A stretch of DNA of 64,000 nucleotides, taken from NCBI GenBank assembly GCA_038328755.1, contig JBBQMH010000001.1:18422-82421 (forward strand). Reading direction: 5' to 3'. The number at the start of each line of letters is the position of its first letter. Position 1 is the first letter of the stretch. A program made the translations under genes and the position numbers. This DNA comes from Candidatus Limnocylindrales bacterium (GTDB lineage: Bacteria; Chloroflexota; Limnocylindria; Limnocylindrales; CSP1-4). Below the pieces are notes generated by a model. That model was not told the origin of the DNA and did not search any database. It was given only the letters and a program-made list of their open reading frames with translations. Positions 18,136-27,944 of the stretch are shown piece by piece.

Positions 18136-20118
18136 GTGGGAAAGATCATCGGCATCGACCTCGGCACGACGAACTCAGTCGTGGCCGTCATGGAGGGCGG
18201 CGAGCCCACCGTCATCGCCTCGGCCGAGGGAGGCCGGACCGTGCCGTCGGTCGTCGGCTTCAGCAAGACCGGCGAGCGCCTCGTCGGAGCCCTGGCCAAG
18301 CGCCAGTCCGTGACGAACCCGGCCAATACGGTCTATTCGATCAAGCGGTTCATGGGGCGCCGCTGGGATGATCCCGAGGTCAAGCACAGCATCGGGCTCG
18401 TCCCGTACACCGTCGAGAAGGACCCCAAGAGTGACGGCATCCGCGTGAAGCTCGCGGACGGCAACGCCTACTCGCCGCCGGAAATCTCGGCCATGATCCT
18501 GCAGAAGCTCAAGGCCGACGCCGAGGCCTACCTCAACGAGAAGGTCACCGAGGCGGTGATCACCGTCCCGGCCTACTTCGACGACACCCAGCGCCAGGCG
18601 ACCAAGGACGCGGGCCGCATCGCCGGCCTCGACGTCAAGCGAATCATCAACGAACCGACCGCGTCGGCCCTGGCCTACGGTCTCGACAAGAAGCACGACG
18701 AGAAGATCGCGGTCTACGACCTCGGTGGCGGCACGTTCGACATCTCCATCCTCGAGCTCGGCGATGGCGTGTTCGAGGTCAAGGCCACGAACGGCGACAC
18801 GCATCTTGGCGGAGACGACTTCGATCAGCGCGTCATCGACTGGCTGCTGGCCGAGTTCAAGAAGGACCAGGGGATCGACCTGGCCAAGGACGCCCAGGCG
18901 CTCCAGCGCCTCAAGGAGGCCGCTGAGAAGGCCAAGATCGAGCTCAGCTCGACGATGTCCACGGAGATCAACCTCCCGTACGTCACCGCCGATGCCACCG
19001 GGCCGAAGCACCTCGTGATCAACCTCTCGAGGGCAAAGCTGCAGGACCTCGTCGGCGACCTGATCGACAAGACCAAGGGCCCCGTCCTCGCGGCGCTCAA
19101 AGATGCTGGCCTCAAGCCGGCCGACATCGACGAGGTGATCCTAGTCGGTGGCATGACCCGCATGCCGGCCGTCCAGGAGCTGGTCAAGAGCCTGTTCGGG
19201 AAGGAGCCGCACCGCGGCGTGAATCCGGACGAGGTGGTCGCCGTCGGGGCTGCCATCCAGGCCGGCGTGCTCGGCGGCGAGGTCAAGGACGTCCTGCTCC
19301 TCGACGTCACGCCGCTGTCGCTCGGCATCGAGACGCTCGGTGGCGTCATGACCCGGCTCATCGATCGCAACACCACCATCCCGACCTCGAAGTCGCAGAC
19401 GTTCTCCACGGCTTCGGACAACCAGAACCAGGTCGAGATCCACGTCCTCCAGGGCGAGCGCGACTTCGCGGCCGATAACAAGACCCTCGGACGCTTCATC
19501 CTCGATGGCATCCCTCCGGCCCCGCGGGGAATCCCGCAGGTCGAGGTGACGTTCGATATCGACGCGAACGGCATCCTCGACGTCAAGGCCAAGGACCGCG
19601 CGACCAGCAAGGAGCAGCAGGTCCGTATCACCGCTTCGTCGATGCTGGACAAGTCGGCCGTGGACCAGATGGTCCGCGATGCGCAGGAGCATGCCGAGGA
19701 AGACCGCACGCGACGCGAAGAGGTCGAGACCCGGAACCAGGCCGAGCAGCTCACCTACCAGGCCGAGAAGACCCTCAAGGACCTTGGCGACAAGGTCTCG
19801 CCCGAAGACCGTGCGGAGGTCGAGACCAAGGTCGCGAGCCTGCGCGAGTCGCTCAAGGGAGACGACCTCGCCGTCGTCAAGTCCGGCGCCGAGACCCTGG
19901 CCGAGTCGTTGAGTCGAGTTGGTGCGGCCGCGTACCAGGCGGCGTCGGCGGCCGGTGACGGTGACGCGGGTGGCTTCAACCCGAACGGCGGCGACGCCTT
20001 CACCGGTGGCGAGGGTTCCGGCGACGCGTCCGGGGCCGATGGCGCCGGTGCTGGCGACGGAGCCGGGAGTGGCGACACTGACGGCGAAACGGTCGAGGGC
20101 GAGTTCAAGGAGGTCTAG
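18136..20118 (+). CDS. dnaK: chaperone DnaK (Hsp70)
   Basis: [33 protein letters not shown]. Confidence 0.97.
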   Translation: MGKIIGIDLGTTNSVVAVMEGGEPTVIASAEGGRTVPSVVGFSKTGERLVGALAKRQSVTNPANTVYSIKRFMGRRWDDPEVKHSIGLVPYTVEKDPKSDGIRVKLADGNAYSPPEISAMILQKLKADAEAYLNEKVTEAVITVPAYFDDTQRQATKDAGRIAGLDVKRIINEPTASALAYGLDKKHDEKIAVYDLGGGTFDISILELGDGVFEVKATNGDTHLGGDDFDQRVIDWLLAEFKKDQGIDLAKDAQALQRLKEAAEKAKIELSSTMSTEINLPYVTADATGPKHLVINLSRAKLQDLVGDLIDKTKGPVLAALKDAGLKPADIDEVILVGGMTRMPAVQELVKSLFGKEPHRGVNPDEVVAVGAAIQAGVLGGEVKDVLLLDVTPLSLGIETLGGVMTRLIDRNTTIPTSKSQTFSTASDNQNQVEIHVLQGERDFAADNKTLGRFILDGIPPAPRGIPQVEVTFDIDANGILDVKAKDRATSKEQQVRITASSMLDKSAVDQMVRDAQEHAEEDRTRREEVETRNQAEQLTYQAEKTLKDLGDKVSPEDRAEVETKVASLRESLKGDDLAVVKSGAETLAESLSRVGAAAYQAASAAGDGDAGGFNPNGGDAFTGGEGSGDASGADGAGAGDGAGSGDTDGETVEGEFKEV

Positions 20119-20129
20119 ACCTCGAGCCC

Positions 20130-20300
20130 TTGCGCGGGCGCGGAGTCCGCGGACGCCCGGTTCAGCATGTGCGGGCGCGCCGGGCTCATGGGCGGGCGCG
20201 CCGGGCCGCCGCGGGACGCCGGGCTCATGTGCGGGCGCGCCGGGCTCATGGGCGGGCGCGGGGCTCATGCGCGGGCGCCGCATCGAGCAGGGTCGGCGCT
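20130..20300. repeat. GC-rich tandem repeat array (~5 units of ~20-21 nt, GCGGGCGCGCCGGGCTCATGG-like)
   Basis: Degenerate contiguous units, no spacers. Confidence 0.7.
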
Positions 20301-20436
20301 GTGACGCCATGTGCTGGCGAGGCGCCAGGCCTGGAATACGGTCAGATATTCACCGTGTACCTACTCGTCGACGAATCCGTGTCAGCCAGTCATCTCGCGA
20401 CTCGGTGACGAGAAATGAGACGTGTCCAGGGAGCGC

Positions 20437-21159
20437 CTACGCACGTCCGCTCCGTCGCGGCCCGGCGATGCGTTGACGTCCGGTCACTCCATGACTATCT
20501 GGCAGGAACCACAAGCCGCGGAGCGGGCGAACAGGATCGGGCGCGCGGAGGTACCTCCGGATCGAGACAGACCGATCGGGAAAGACGGCCCCGAGGGTGT
20601 CCGCGTATTCGGTGACTCGCCGCCGAGACGTCCGAGTGTCTGCGATCACGAGAATTCGGCCGGTCACCGTGGTACTCCAACCGAGCCGACCCGCGATGTC
20701 GGCACTGAGCCGCACCTTCCGATCCAGGGTCGAAAGCGTGCCCTGCAGATCCGGAACAACCGTCTTGACCTCGATCACGAGGACTACTCCGGTCCCCGGG
20801 TGTCGTGCCAGGACATCGACCGAGCCGCGCTCTCCGTAGACGGCAAACGTGACCTCACTCGAACACTCCCAGCCGTCGCCCCGAAGCATGCCCATGACTC
20901 GCTCAGTGAGCCGCGCGTGATCGGTGTCGAGCAGGCGATCCAGGGCTTCACCGTTGAAGTCGAGGCGCACGTTGACCCGCGCGCCGAGGGCTGCGGCGAC
21001 CCGTTCGAGTTTCCAGATTGGCATGCGATCGACCTTGCCGCGTTCGATTCGCGCGACGAACGACTGGGACACCGATGCCGCATCGGCGAGGTCGCGCTGT
21101 CTCCAGTGCCGCCGCCGGCGTAGCGCTCGAATGCCGCGGCCAAATCGAATGCCGTCCAC
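20437..21159 (-). CDS. XRE-family HTH transcriptional regulator with uncharacterised C-terminal domain (240 aa)
   Basis: N-terminal LRRRRHWRQRDLADAASVSQSFVARIERGK (HTH_XRE pattern); divergent from ABC exporter. Confidence 0.75.
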   Translation of the reverse strand: MDGIRFGRGIRALRRRRHWRQRDLADAASVSQSFVARIERGKVDRMPIWKLERVAAALGARVNVRLDFNGEALDRLLDTDHARLTERVMGMLRGDGWECSSEVTFAVYGERGSVDVLARHPGTGVVLVIEVKTVVPDLQGTLSTLDRKVRLSADIAGRLGWSTTVTGRILVIADTRTSRRRVTEYADTLGAVFPDRSVSIRRYLRAPDPVRPLRGLWFLPDSHGVTGRQRIAGPRRSGRA

Positions 21160-21180
21160 AGGCTCGATGTTCGGCCTGCG

Positions 21181-21300
21181 TACTCACCTCGCGGTTATGG
21201 GGAAGTTCGCGGACCCGCGCCCCGCGCCCCGCGGACCCGCGCCCCGCGCCCCGCGGACCCGCGCCCCCGCGCCCCGCGGACCCGCGCCCCGCGCCACCAG
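21181..21300. repeat. GC-rich tandem repeat array (~4 units of ~22 nt, GACCCGCGCCCCGCGCCCCGCG-like)
   Basis: Roughly reverse-complement in character to the 20130-20300 array, so the two bracket the regulator gene. Confidence 0.7.
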
Positions 21301-21351
21301 GCACGGCCTTGCCCGCGCTGCACCCGCGATCCCGGGTAGCATTCCGTACCC

Positions 21352-22293
21352 ATGTCAATCAACTCGGACACACCTCCGCTGATCAGCGCGCGCGGCCTGA
21401 CGAAGCGGTTCGGGTCGTTCACCGCGGTCGATGCCATTGACTTCGATGTCGCGCCGGGCGAGGCGTTCGGATTCCTCGGCCCGAACGGCGCCGGCAAGAC
21501 TTCGACCATGCGCATGATCGGGTGCACCTCGCCGTCGAGCGGCGGGACACTGAGTGTCCTGGGCATGGACCCGGCCACCCAGGGGCCTGAGATCCGGGGC
21601 CGGCTCGGTGTCGTTCCGCAGGCAGACACCCTTGACGAGGAGCTGTCGGTCCGCGAGAACCTGCTCATCTACGGCCGCTACTTCGGTCTGGGCCGTGCCG
21701 AATGCGCAAAGCGGGCCGACGAGCTCCTGGACTTCGCCCAACTGTCGGAGCGTCGGGACAGTCGGGTCGAGCCACTCAGCGGCGGGATGAAGCGACGCCT
21801 GACCATCGCCCGGTCCCTCATCAACGAGCCGGACATGATGCTGCTCGACGAGCCCACCACGGGCCTGGACCCGCAGGCGCGCCATCTTCTCTGGGATCGA
21901 CTGTACCGGCTGAAGCAGCGCGGCGTCACGCTCGTCCTGACGACGCACTACATGGACGAGGCCGAACAGCTCTGCGACCGCCTCGTGATCATGGACAAGG
22001 CGCGCATCGTGGCCGAGGGATCACCACGCAAGCTGATCGCTGAGTACAGCACGCGCGAGGTCGCGGAACTCCGGTTTCCGGCCGGGGTCCAGGAGACGCT
22101 CGGTCAGCAGCTCGACGGACTCGCGGACAGGGTCGAGCACCTGCCGGATCGTCTGCTGCTCTACGCCGACGATGGAGAAGCGGTCGCCGTCGCTATCCAC
22201 GATCGAGGTCTTCGCCCGGAGACGGTGCTCGTTCGGCGGTCGACGCTCGAGGACGTCTTTCTCCGACTGACCGGTCGGTCGCTGGTCGATTGA
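21352..22293 (+). CDS. ABC-2 type transporter ATP-binding protein (DrrA/NodI-like)
   Basis: GPNGAGKTST, LSGGMKRRL, LLDEPTTGLD. Confidence 0.9.
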   Translation: MSINSDTPPLISARGLTKRFGSFTAVDAIDFDVAPGEAFGFLGPNGAGKTSTMRMIGCTSPSSGGTLSVLGMDPATQGPEIRGRLGVVPQADTLDEELSVRENLLIYGRYFGLGRAECAKRADELLDFAQLSERRDSRVEPLSGGMKRRLTIARSLINEPDMMLLDEPTTGLDPQARHLLWDRLYRLKQRGVTLVLTTHYMDEAEQLCDRLVIMDKARIVAEGSPRKLIAEYSTREVAELRFPAGVQETLGQQLDGLADRVEHLPDRLLLYADDGEAVAVAIHDRGLRPETVLVRRSTLEDVFLRLTGRSLVD

Positions 22294-22306
22294 TCGCGCG
22301 CCCGCG

Positions 22307-23149
22307 ATGACCCCGATCGGGACCCGGTCCACGGCAACGCGCGCCGCCACTCGACCCCCAGCACCCTCGCTCGTGGCGGCCGCGAGCCGCGTGTTCGAGC
22401 ATCGGGCCACGACGTACCGGCGCGTATTCCTGGGCTCGCTGTTCACCTCGTTCGTGAGCCCGACCCTCTTTCTGATGGCGATGGGCCTGGGCCTCGGAGG
22501 ACTCGTGAACGCCCAGAGCCCGGATGCGTTCGGGGGCATCACTTACCTCCAGTTCCTCGCCCCGGGCCTCCTCGCCGGCTCCGCGATGCAGACCGGGATC
22601 TTCGAGGCCACGTTTCCGATCATTCGCGGTCTCGTCTGGCGGCGGATCTTCCACGCCATGTATGCGACACCCATCAGCCCGGAGGCCGTGGCGCTCGGGA
22701 CGCTCGCGTTCATCGCCTTCCGACTCCTGCTCGTCGCCACGGTCTTCACCCTGGTCAGCGCGCTGTTCGGGGCGACGACCTCGCCCCTCGCCCTCCTGGG
22801 CATCCCGGCGGCTGTCCTGACGGGGCTGGCGTTCAGCGGGCTCATGGGGGCCTACATGGCCACCCAGCGAACGCCCGACAAGTTCAGCGCGATCTTTCGC
22901 TGGGTCGTCACCCCGCTCTTTCTGTTCAGTGGGACGTTCTTTCCGGTGAGCCGGCTCCCGGAGGTAATCCAGCCCATCGCCTGGCTTTCACCGCTCTGGC
23001 ATGGCGTCGAGCTGACGCGCGGCGCGTCGCTCGGGACTCTGCTCGACGATCCGGTCCGGGCTTTCGTGCACCTGGCCGTTCTTGTCGGGCTCACAGTCCT
23101 CGGGGCCGCCCTCTTCGCCCGGAACATCCGCCAGAAGCTGGCCGCATGA
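22307..23149 (+). CDS. ABC-2 family transporter permease
   Basis: ~6 TM helices, ABC-2 pattern; follows ATPase. Confidence 0.85.
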   Translation: MTPIGTRSTATRAATRPPAPSLVAAASRVFEHRATTYRRVFLGSLFTSFVSPTLFLMAMGLGLGGLVNAQSPDAFGGITYLQFLAPGLLAGSAMQTGIFEATFPIIRGLVWRRIFHAMYATPISPEAVALGTLAFIAFRLLLVATVFTLVSALFGATTSPLALLGIPAAVLTGLAFSGLMGAYMATQRTPDKFSAIFRWVVTPLFLFSGTFFPVSRLPEVIQPIAWLSPLWHGVELTRGASLGTLLDDPVRAFVHLAVLVGLTVLGAALFARNIRQKLAA

Positions 23150-23949
23150 GCGGTGTTGCCCGGCCCACGCCAGCCGCCACCCGGCGCGTCCCGCGAGCGT
23201 GGCACCTGATCGAGCGAAACTTCTTCGTCTACCGCCGGACGTGGACAATCATCGTGTCGGGTTTCTTCGAGCCCCTGTTCTACCTGGTGGGCATCGGCTT
23301 CGGCCTTGGTCAGCTGGTGGGTGACGTTACCGGGCCCGGCGGACACCCGATCCCGTACGCTATGTTCGTCGCGCCGGCGCTTCTGGCTACGGGCGCCATG
23401 AACGGCGCGATCAACGAGGCTACCTACAACTTCTTCTTCAAGCTCAACTACAACCGGACCTTCCAGTCCGTGCTGGCGACGCCGTTGGCCGTCTGGGACG
23501 TGGCTATCGGCGAGCTGGGTTGGGCGCTGGTCCGCGGCGGACTGTATGCGCTGGGCTTCATGGTGGTCATCAGCGTGATGGGGCTCGTCACGTCGCCCCT
23601 GGCGATCCTGGCCTTCCCGGCGGCGCTGTTGCTCGGGTTTGCCATCGCCTCGGTCGGCATGGCTGCGACGTCGTTCATGCGCACCACCCAGGACTTCGAT
23701 GCGATCAACGTGGTGGTCCTGCCGATGTTCCTGTTCTCGGCGACCTTCTATCCCATCGAGACGTATCCGGAGGCGATCAGGGGGATCGTGGCCCTGACGC
23801 CCCTCTACCAGGGCGTCGCGCTGATCCGTGGGTTGACCGTCGGCGTCCTGGGGCCCGAGATGCTCTTCAACATCGTGTACCTCGTCCTGATGGGCGGGAT
23901 TGGCCTCTGGATCACCTCGCGACGACTGGACCGGGTCCTCCTGAAGTGA
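23146..23949 (+). CDS. ABC-2 family transporter permease (second subunit)
   Basis: Paralogous to preceding permease; ATGA overlap. Confidence 0.85.
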   Translation: MSGVARPTPAATRRVPRAWHLIERNFFVYRRTWTIIVSGFFEPLFYLVGIGFGLGQLVGDVTGPGGHPIPYAMFVAPALLATGAMNGAINEATYNFFFKLNYNRTFQSVLATPLAVWDVAIGELGWALVRGGLYALGFMVVISVMGLVTSPLAILAFPAALLLGFAIASVGMAATSFMRTTQDFDAINVVVLPMFLFSATFYPIETYPEAIRGIVALTPLYQGVALIRGLTVGVLGPEMLFNIVYLVLMGGIGLWITSRRLDRVLLK

Positions 23950-24701
23950 GCCCGGGACGGCCGCCCGACCCGAGCGCGCTGACGCGCGATGAGGCCCTCA
24001 ACTCCAGGCGCGCGGCGGCCCTCGAAGCCCTCCGCGACGAGATCGTGGAGTGCCGCCGCTGCCCGCGCCTCGTCGCCTGGCGCGAGCAGGTCGCGATCGA
24101 GAAGGTGGCCCGCTTTCGGGACGAGCCGTATTGGGGGCGACCAGCGCCGGGGTTTGGAGATCCCGCTGCACAGCTCCTGATCGTCGGCCTCGCGCCGGCC
24201 GCCCATGGCGCGAACCGGACGGGCCGGGTCTTCACGGGTGATGCGTCGGGCGACTTCCTCTGGCGCGCGCTCCACGAGGCGGGTCTGGCTGATCGCCCGT
24301 CCAGCCGCCGCGCAGACGACGGGCTGACGCTGACCGGTGTCCGGATCGCCGCTGCCGTGCGCTGTGCCCCGCCGGCCAACAAGCCGACGATCGACGAACG
24401 CGACAACTGTGCGCCGTTCCTCGCCCGGGAAATCGCCCTCCTCGACCAGACCAGGGTCATCCTGGCCCTCGGCCAGTTCGGATGGGACGCCGTGCTGCGC
24501 GTGCTGGCGGGCGCGGGCGACCCCATCCCTCGACCAAAGCCGAAGTTCGGGCATGGCGCCGAGACGATGATCGGGTCACGAATACTGGTCGGCTCATACC
24601 ACCCGAGCCAGCAGAACACGTTCACTGGCCGGCTGACCCGGGAGATGTTCGGCAACGTCCTGCGGCAGGCGATTGCCCTGGCGGCAGCAGCGCGTCCCTA
24701 G
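23946..24701 (+). CDS. udg: uracil-DNA glycosylase, family 4/5 (UdgB-like, Fe-S)
   Basis: ECRRCPRL...GLAPAAHGANRTG...GDASGD...CAPF...HPS motifs; GTG 23946 overlaps permease stop, ORF-track 23520 start is an out-of-frame overextension. Confidence 0.85.
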   Translation: MSPGRPPDPSALTRDEALNSRRAAALEALRDEIVECRRCPRLVAWREQVAIEKVARFRDEPYWGRPAPGFGDPAAQLLIVGLAPAAHGANRTGRVFTGDASGDFLWRALHEAGLADRPSSRRADDGLTLTGVRIAAAVRCAPPANKPTIDERDNCAPFLAREIALLDQTRVILALGQFGWDAVLRVLAGAGDPIPRPKPKFGHGAETMIGSRILVGSYHPSQQNTFTGRLTREMFGNVLRQAIALAAAARP

Positions 24702-24748
24702 CGGCGGATCTCGGCCACTCGCCCGCCCTCCCGTAGACTTCCGCCTGC

Positions 24749-25858
24749 ATGACTACCACGACCGACTACTACGCAGCCCTCGGCCTCGACCGCGGCGCGA
24801 CCGATGCGGAGATCAAGAAGCAATTCCGCAAGCTCGCCCAGCAGTGGCACCCGGACGTCAACAGCGACCCGGCCGCCCAGGCGCGGTTCAAGGAGATCAA
24901 CGAGGCCTACCAGGTCCTGTCCGATCCTGAGCGGCGGCAGCGCTACGACATCTTCGGGAGCGCTGGTGTCGAGGGTGATCCCAACATGGCCGGGTTCGGT
25001 GGGTTCGCCGACATCTTCGATGCGTTCTTTGGTGGCGCTGCCGGTGGCGCCGCTGGGCGTCGAGGCCGACCCGCAGCCGGCTCCGACCTCCGCTACGACC
25101 TGCGGATCACGTTCACGGAGGCCGTTCTCGGGACCGAGAAGGAGATCGACTTTCCGGTTCTCGGGCGGTGCGAGACGTGCTCGGGGATGGGAGCCAAGGC
25201 GGGTACGGAGGCGGTCGCCTGCACCCAGTGCAACGGACGCGGCGAGGTCCGCTCGGTCCGCCAGACGATGCTCGGTCAGATGGTCAACGTCACGACCTGC
25301 CCGCGCTGCCACGGTGATGGTAAGACCGTCGACGCCCCCTGCGAGACTTGTCGGGGCGATGGCCGGACCGAGCGCAAGAGCACGCTCCGGGTCAAGATTC
25401 CCGCCGGGATCGACGAGGGTCATCAGATCCGCCTGTCCAACGAGGGTGAAGTCGGGCCCCGCGGCGGGCCGGCCGGCAGCCTGTACGTCGCCGTTCACGT
25501 GGCACCGCACGAGGCGCTCAAGCGGGACGGGACCGAGCTGTATTACGAAGCCTCCGTGGGGATCGCCCAGGCGACCCTTGGGACGCGGATCCTCGTGCCG
25601 ACCGTAGAGGGCGAGGAGGACGTGGAGGTCAAGCCCGGCACCCAGCCCGGAACGGAGATCCGCCTGCGGGGACGCGGCGTCCCGCACCTGCGGCGGACCG
25701 GCTCGAGGGGCGACCTGCACGTGATCATCGATGTCGCTGTTCCAACGCGCTTGTCGAAGGCCGAGCGAGCGGCCCTGCACACGTATGCCGAGGCAGCCGG
25801 CGAGGTCGTCGCCGATGGCGGCGGGATCCTCGACCGCGTCCGTGACGCACTCGGCTAG
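24749..25858 (+). CDS. dnaJ: chaperone DnaJ
   Basis: J-domain DYYAALGL...HPD; four CxxCxGxG zinc-finger repeats; C-terminal domain. Confidence 0.95.
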   Translation: MTTTTDYYAALGLDRGATDAEIKKQFRKLAQQWHPDVNSDPAAQARFKEINEAYQVLSDPERRQRYDIFGSAGVEGDPNMAGFGGFADIFDAFFGGAAGGAAGRRGRPAAGSDLRYDLRITFTEAVLGTEKEIDFPVLGRCETCSGMGAKAGTEAVACTQCNGRGEVRSVRQTMLGQMVNVTTCPRCHGDGKTVDAPCETCRGDGRTERKSTLRVKIPAGIDEGHQIRLSNEGEVGPRGGPAGSLYVAVHVAPHEALKRDGTELYYEASVGIAQATLGTRILVPTVEGEEDVEVKPGTQPGTEIRLRGRGVPHLRRTGSRGDLHVIIDVAVPTRLSKAERAALHTYAEAAGEVVADGGGILDRVRDALG

Positions 25859-26927
25859 CGGACGGTCTCGCGGCCACCGGGCCGCGGCACAGCCGCCCCG
25901 ATCGGCCACGCAGCCGCGCGCCGCCGCGCAGCCGCGCGCGGCCAGGCAACCTCGACCAACCGCCACGCAGCCCGGATCGGCCACCACGACCCCACCGACC
26001 GCTTCGTCCTGGCTGGAGCTGGCGGTCGAAGCCGACCTCGAGGCGGTCGAGGCCGTCAGCGAGATCCTGGGCCGGTTTGCCCCGGGTGGCTCCAGCGTCG
26101 AGCCGGCCTTCGAGCTGGTGGACGAGGGTCTCGGGGCCCGCGTAGACCCAGCGCGCCCGGCGATCGTGCGTGCGTACATCCCGGCCGAAGATGCCGCCGC
26201 GGCACGCCGTGCCGCCCACGAGGCGGAGGCGGCGCTATCGCACCTCCAGGCCTTTGGCCTGCGGCCGATTGGCGAGCTGCAGGTGCGACAGGTCAACGAG
26301 AGCGACTGGGCCGGTGCCTGGAAGGTGCACTTCCCGGTCATGCGGATCGGTCGGCGGATCGTCATCCGACCCACCTGGCGACGACATCGAGCGACGCCCG
26401 GCGACGTGGTCCTGGCGCTCGATCCCGGCATGGCCTTCGGGACGGGGCTCCATCCCACCACCCGACTGTGCCTGACCGCGCTCGAGGTCGCCGCGGATCG
26501 CGGAGAACTTTCGGAGGCCCGCGTGCTCGACGTCGGCTGCGGCTCGGGGATCCTCGCGATCGCCGCCGCCCGACTCGGGGCCGAGGCGGTCCTCGGCGTG
26601 GATACCGACCCGATTGCCGTCGAAGCGACGACGGTCAATGCGCGCCGCAACCGTCTCGTCCGGCGGATCGCAGCGCGCGCAGGCTCCCTGCCGACGGGCG
26701 AGCCTCCGCATCACGTCGTGCTGGCGAATCTCATTGCCTCGGTCCTGATCGCATTGGCCGGCCAGCTTCGGGACGAGCTGCTGCCTGGCGGGCTGCTCCT
26801 CGCCTCGGGGATCTTCTCGGACCGCGAGCTCGAGGTGACCGACGCATTCCGGGACGTTGGGCTCGACGTGCTCCAGCGCTGGGCCGAGGGTGACTGGGTC
26901 GCCCTCGAGGTCCGACGGCCCGACTGA
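25815..26927 (+). CDS. prmA: ribosomal protein L11 methyltransferase PrmA (start uncertain)
   Basis: Conserved PrmA from SWLELAVEADLE to DVGCGSGILAIAA; no ATG/GTG/TTG in frame between dnaJ stop and this region, so an ATG overlapping dnaJ is provisionally chosen. Confidence 0.75.
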   Translation: MAAGSSTASVTHSASGRSRGHRAAAQPPRSATQPRAAAQPRAARQPRPTATQPGSATTTPPTASSWLELAVEADLEAVEAVSEILGRFAPGGSSVEPAFELVDEGLGARVDPARPAIVRAYIPAEDAAAARRAAHEAEAALSHLQAFGLRPIGELQVRQVNESDWAGAWKVHFPVMRIGRRIVIRPTWRRHRATPGDVVLALDPGMAFGTGLHPTTRLCLTALEVAADRGELSEARVLDVGCGSGILAIAAARLGAEAVLGVDTDPIAVEATTVNARRNRLVRRIAARAGSLPTGEPPHHVVLANLIASVLIALAGQLRDELLPGGLLLASGIFSDRELEVTDAFRDVGLDVLQRWAEGDWVALEVRRPD

Positions 26928-26951
26928 ACGTCCGCCTCTACAATCCACGCG

Positions 26952-27413
26952 ATGCCGACCACCCTCCTGCCGATTCTGCTGATCGTTCACATCAGCCTGG
27001 CGGTCACGCTGTTCCTGCCGTCGATCCTCCTGCCGTTCACGCTTCGCGCCCGGCGCACGGCAGAGGTATCCATCAACCCCACCATGCGCGGGCTCCTCTG
27101 GCTCCAGTCGAGTGGCACGCTGATCGTCGGAGTCGGACTGGCGCTCACGGGCGTCCTCCTGGTTGCCGTCCTCGGGTCGTCGCTGCTCAGCCAGCCGTGG
27201 CTCATGGTGGCGCTGGTGATCTACGCGGCCAACCTCGTTCTCGCCTACTTCGTTCAGCGGCCGAACCTGCGCTCCCTCCTCGGGATCCGGGCTTCGGCCA
27301 GCGATCTCGTCTGGGCGACGCGGGCTCGACGGCAACGCTATGTGTCCTATCTGATGGCCGGCTTCGTGGGGACGATCGGTTTCCTCATGAGCTCGAAGCC
27401 CGCGTTATGGTGA
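26952..27413 (+). CDS. membrane protein (DUF2269-like, 4 TM)
   Basis: Hydrophobic helices; no recognised catalytic motif. Confidence 0.65.
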   Translation: MPTTLLPILLIVHISLAVTLFLPSILLPFTLRARRTAEVSINPTMRGLLWLQSSGTLIVGVGLALTGVLLVAVLGSSLLSQPWLMVALVIYAANLVLAYFVQRPNLRSLLGIRASASDLVWATRARRQRYVSYLMAGFVGTIGFLMSSKPALW

Positions 27414-27417
27414 ACCG

Positions 27418-27777
27418 ATGACACACGAGCGGCTCGCTGACTGCCTGTTCTGTCGGATCGTGGCACGCGAGATTCCGTCGACCGTCGTGGAGGAGGATGC
27501 CGACGTCCTTGCGATTCGCGACATCGCGCCACGGGCCCCTACCCATATCCTGCTGATGCCGAAGGTCCATGTCGCTTCAGCCGCCGAGCTCGATCCGAAT
27601 CACGCCCAATTGCTCGGGGCGATCTTCGGGATGGCGGCCGCGATTGCGCGGGAGCAGGGCATCGCCGACGCGGGTTATCGCATCGTGACGAACGTCGGCG
27701 CCTGGGGTGGCCAGACGGTGGACCACCTGCACTTTCATCTGATGGGTGGCCGCCCGTTCGATTGGCCCCCGGGATGA
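27418..27777 (+). CDS. HIT family protein (histidine triad nucleotide-binding)
   Basis: CLFCRI, HxHxHLM (DHLHFHLMGG) motif. Confidence 0.9.
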   Translation: MTHERLADCLFCRIVAREIPSTVVEEDADVLAIRDIAPRAPTHILLMPKVHVASAAELDPNHAQLLGAIFGMAAAIAREQGIADAGYRIVTNVGAWGGQTVDHLHFHLMGGRPFDWPPG

Positions 27778-27944
27778 GCGATCCATGGCCGCCTCTGCCG
27801 CCCGAGCCGCCCGGACCGGCGGCGCCCCGGCCGGCGGCGCCCGGGAATCCCGACCGCGCCCCTGGAACCGGACCCGGTCACCGTCTCGGTGATTCGCCCG
27901 GAGACGTGCGGCCGGCGGCCGGAGATTCGGAGCCCGTCGGTCGG

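Noticed and set aside
20130-21300. GC-rich tandem repeat arrays considered as CRISPR arrays
   Set aside because: Units are contiguous and degenerate with no unique spacers, 20-22 nt rather than repeat-spacer periodicity, and no cas genes nearby.
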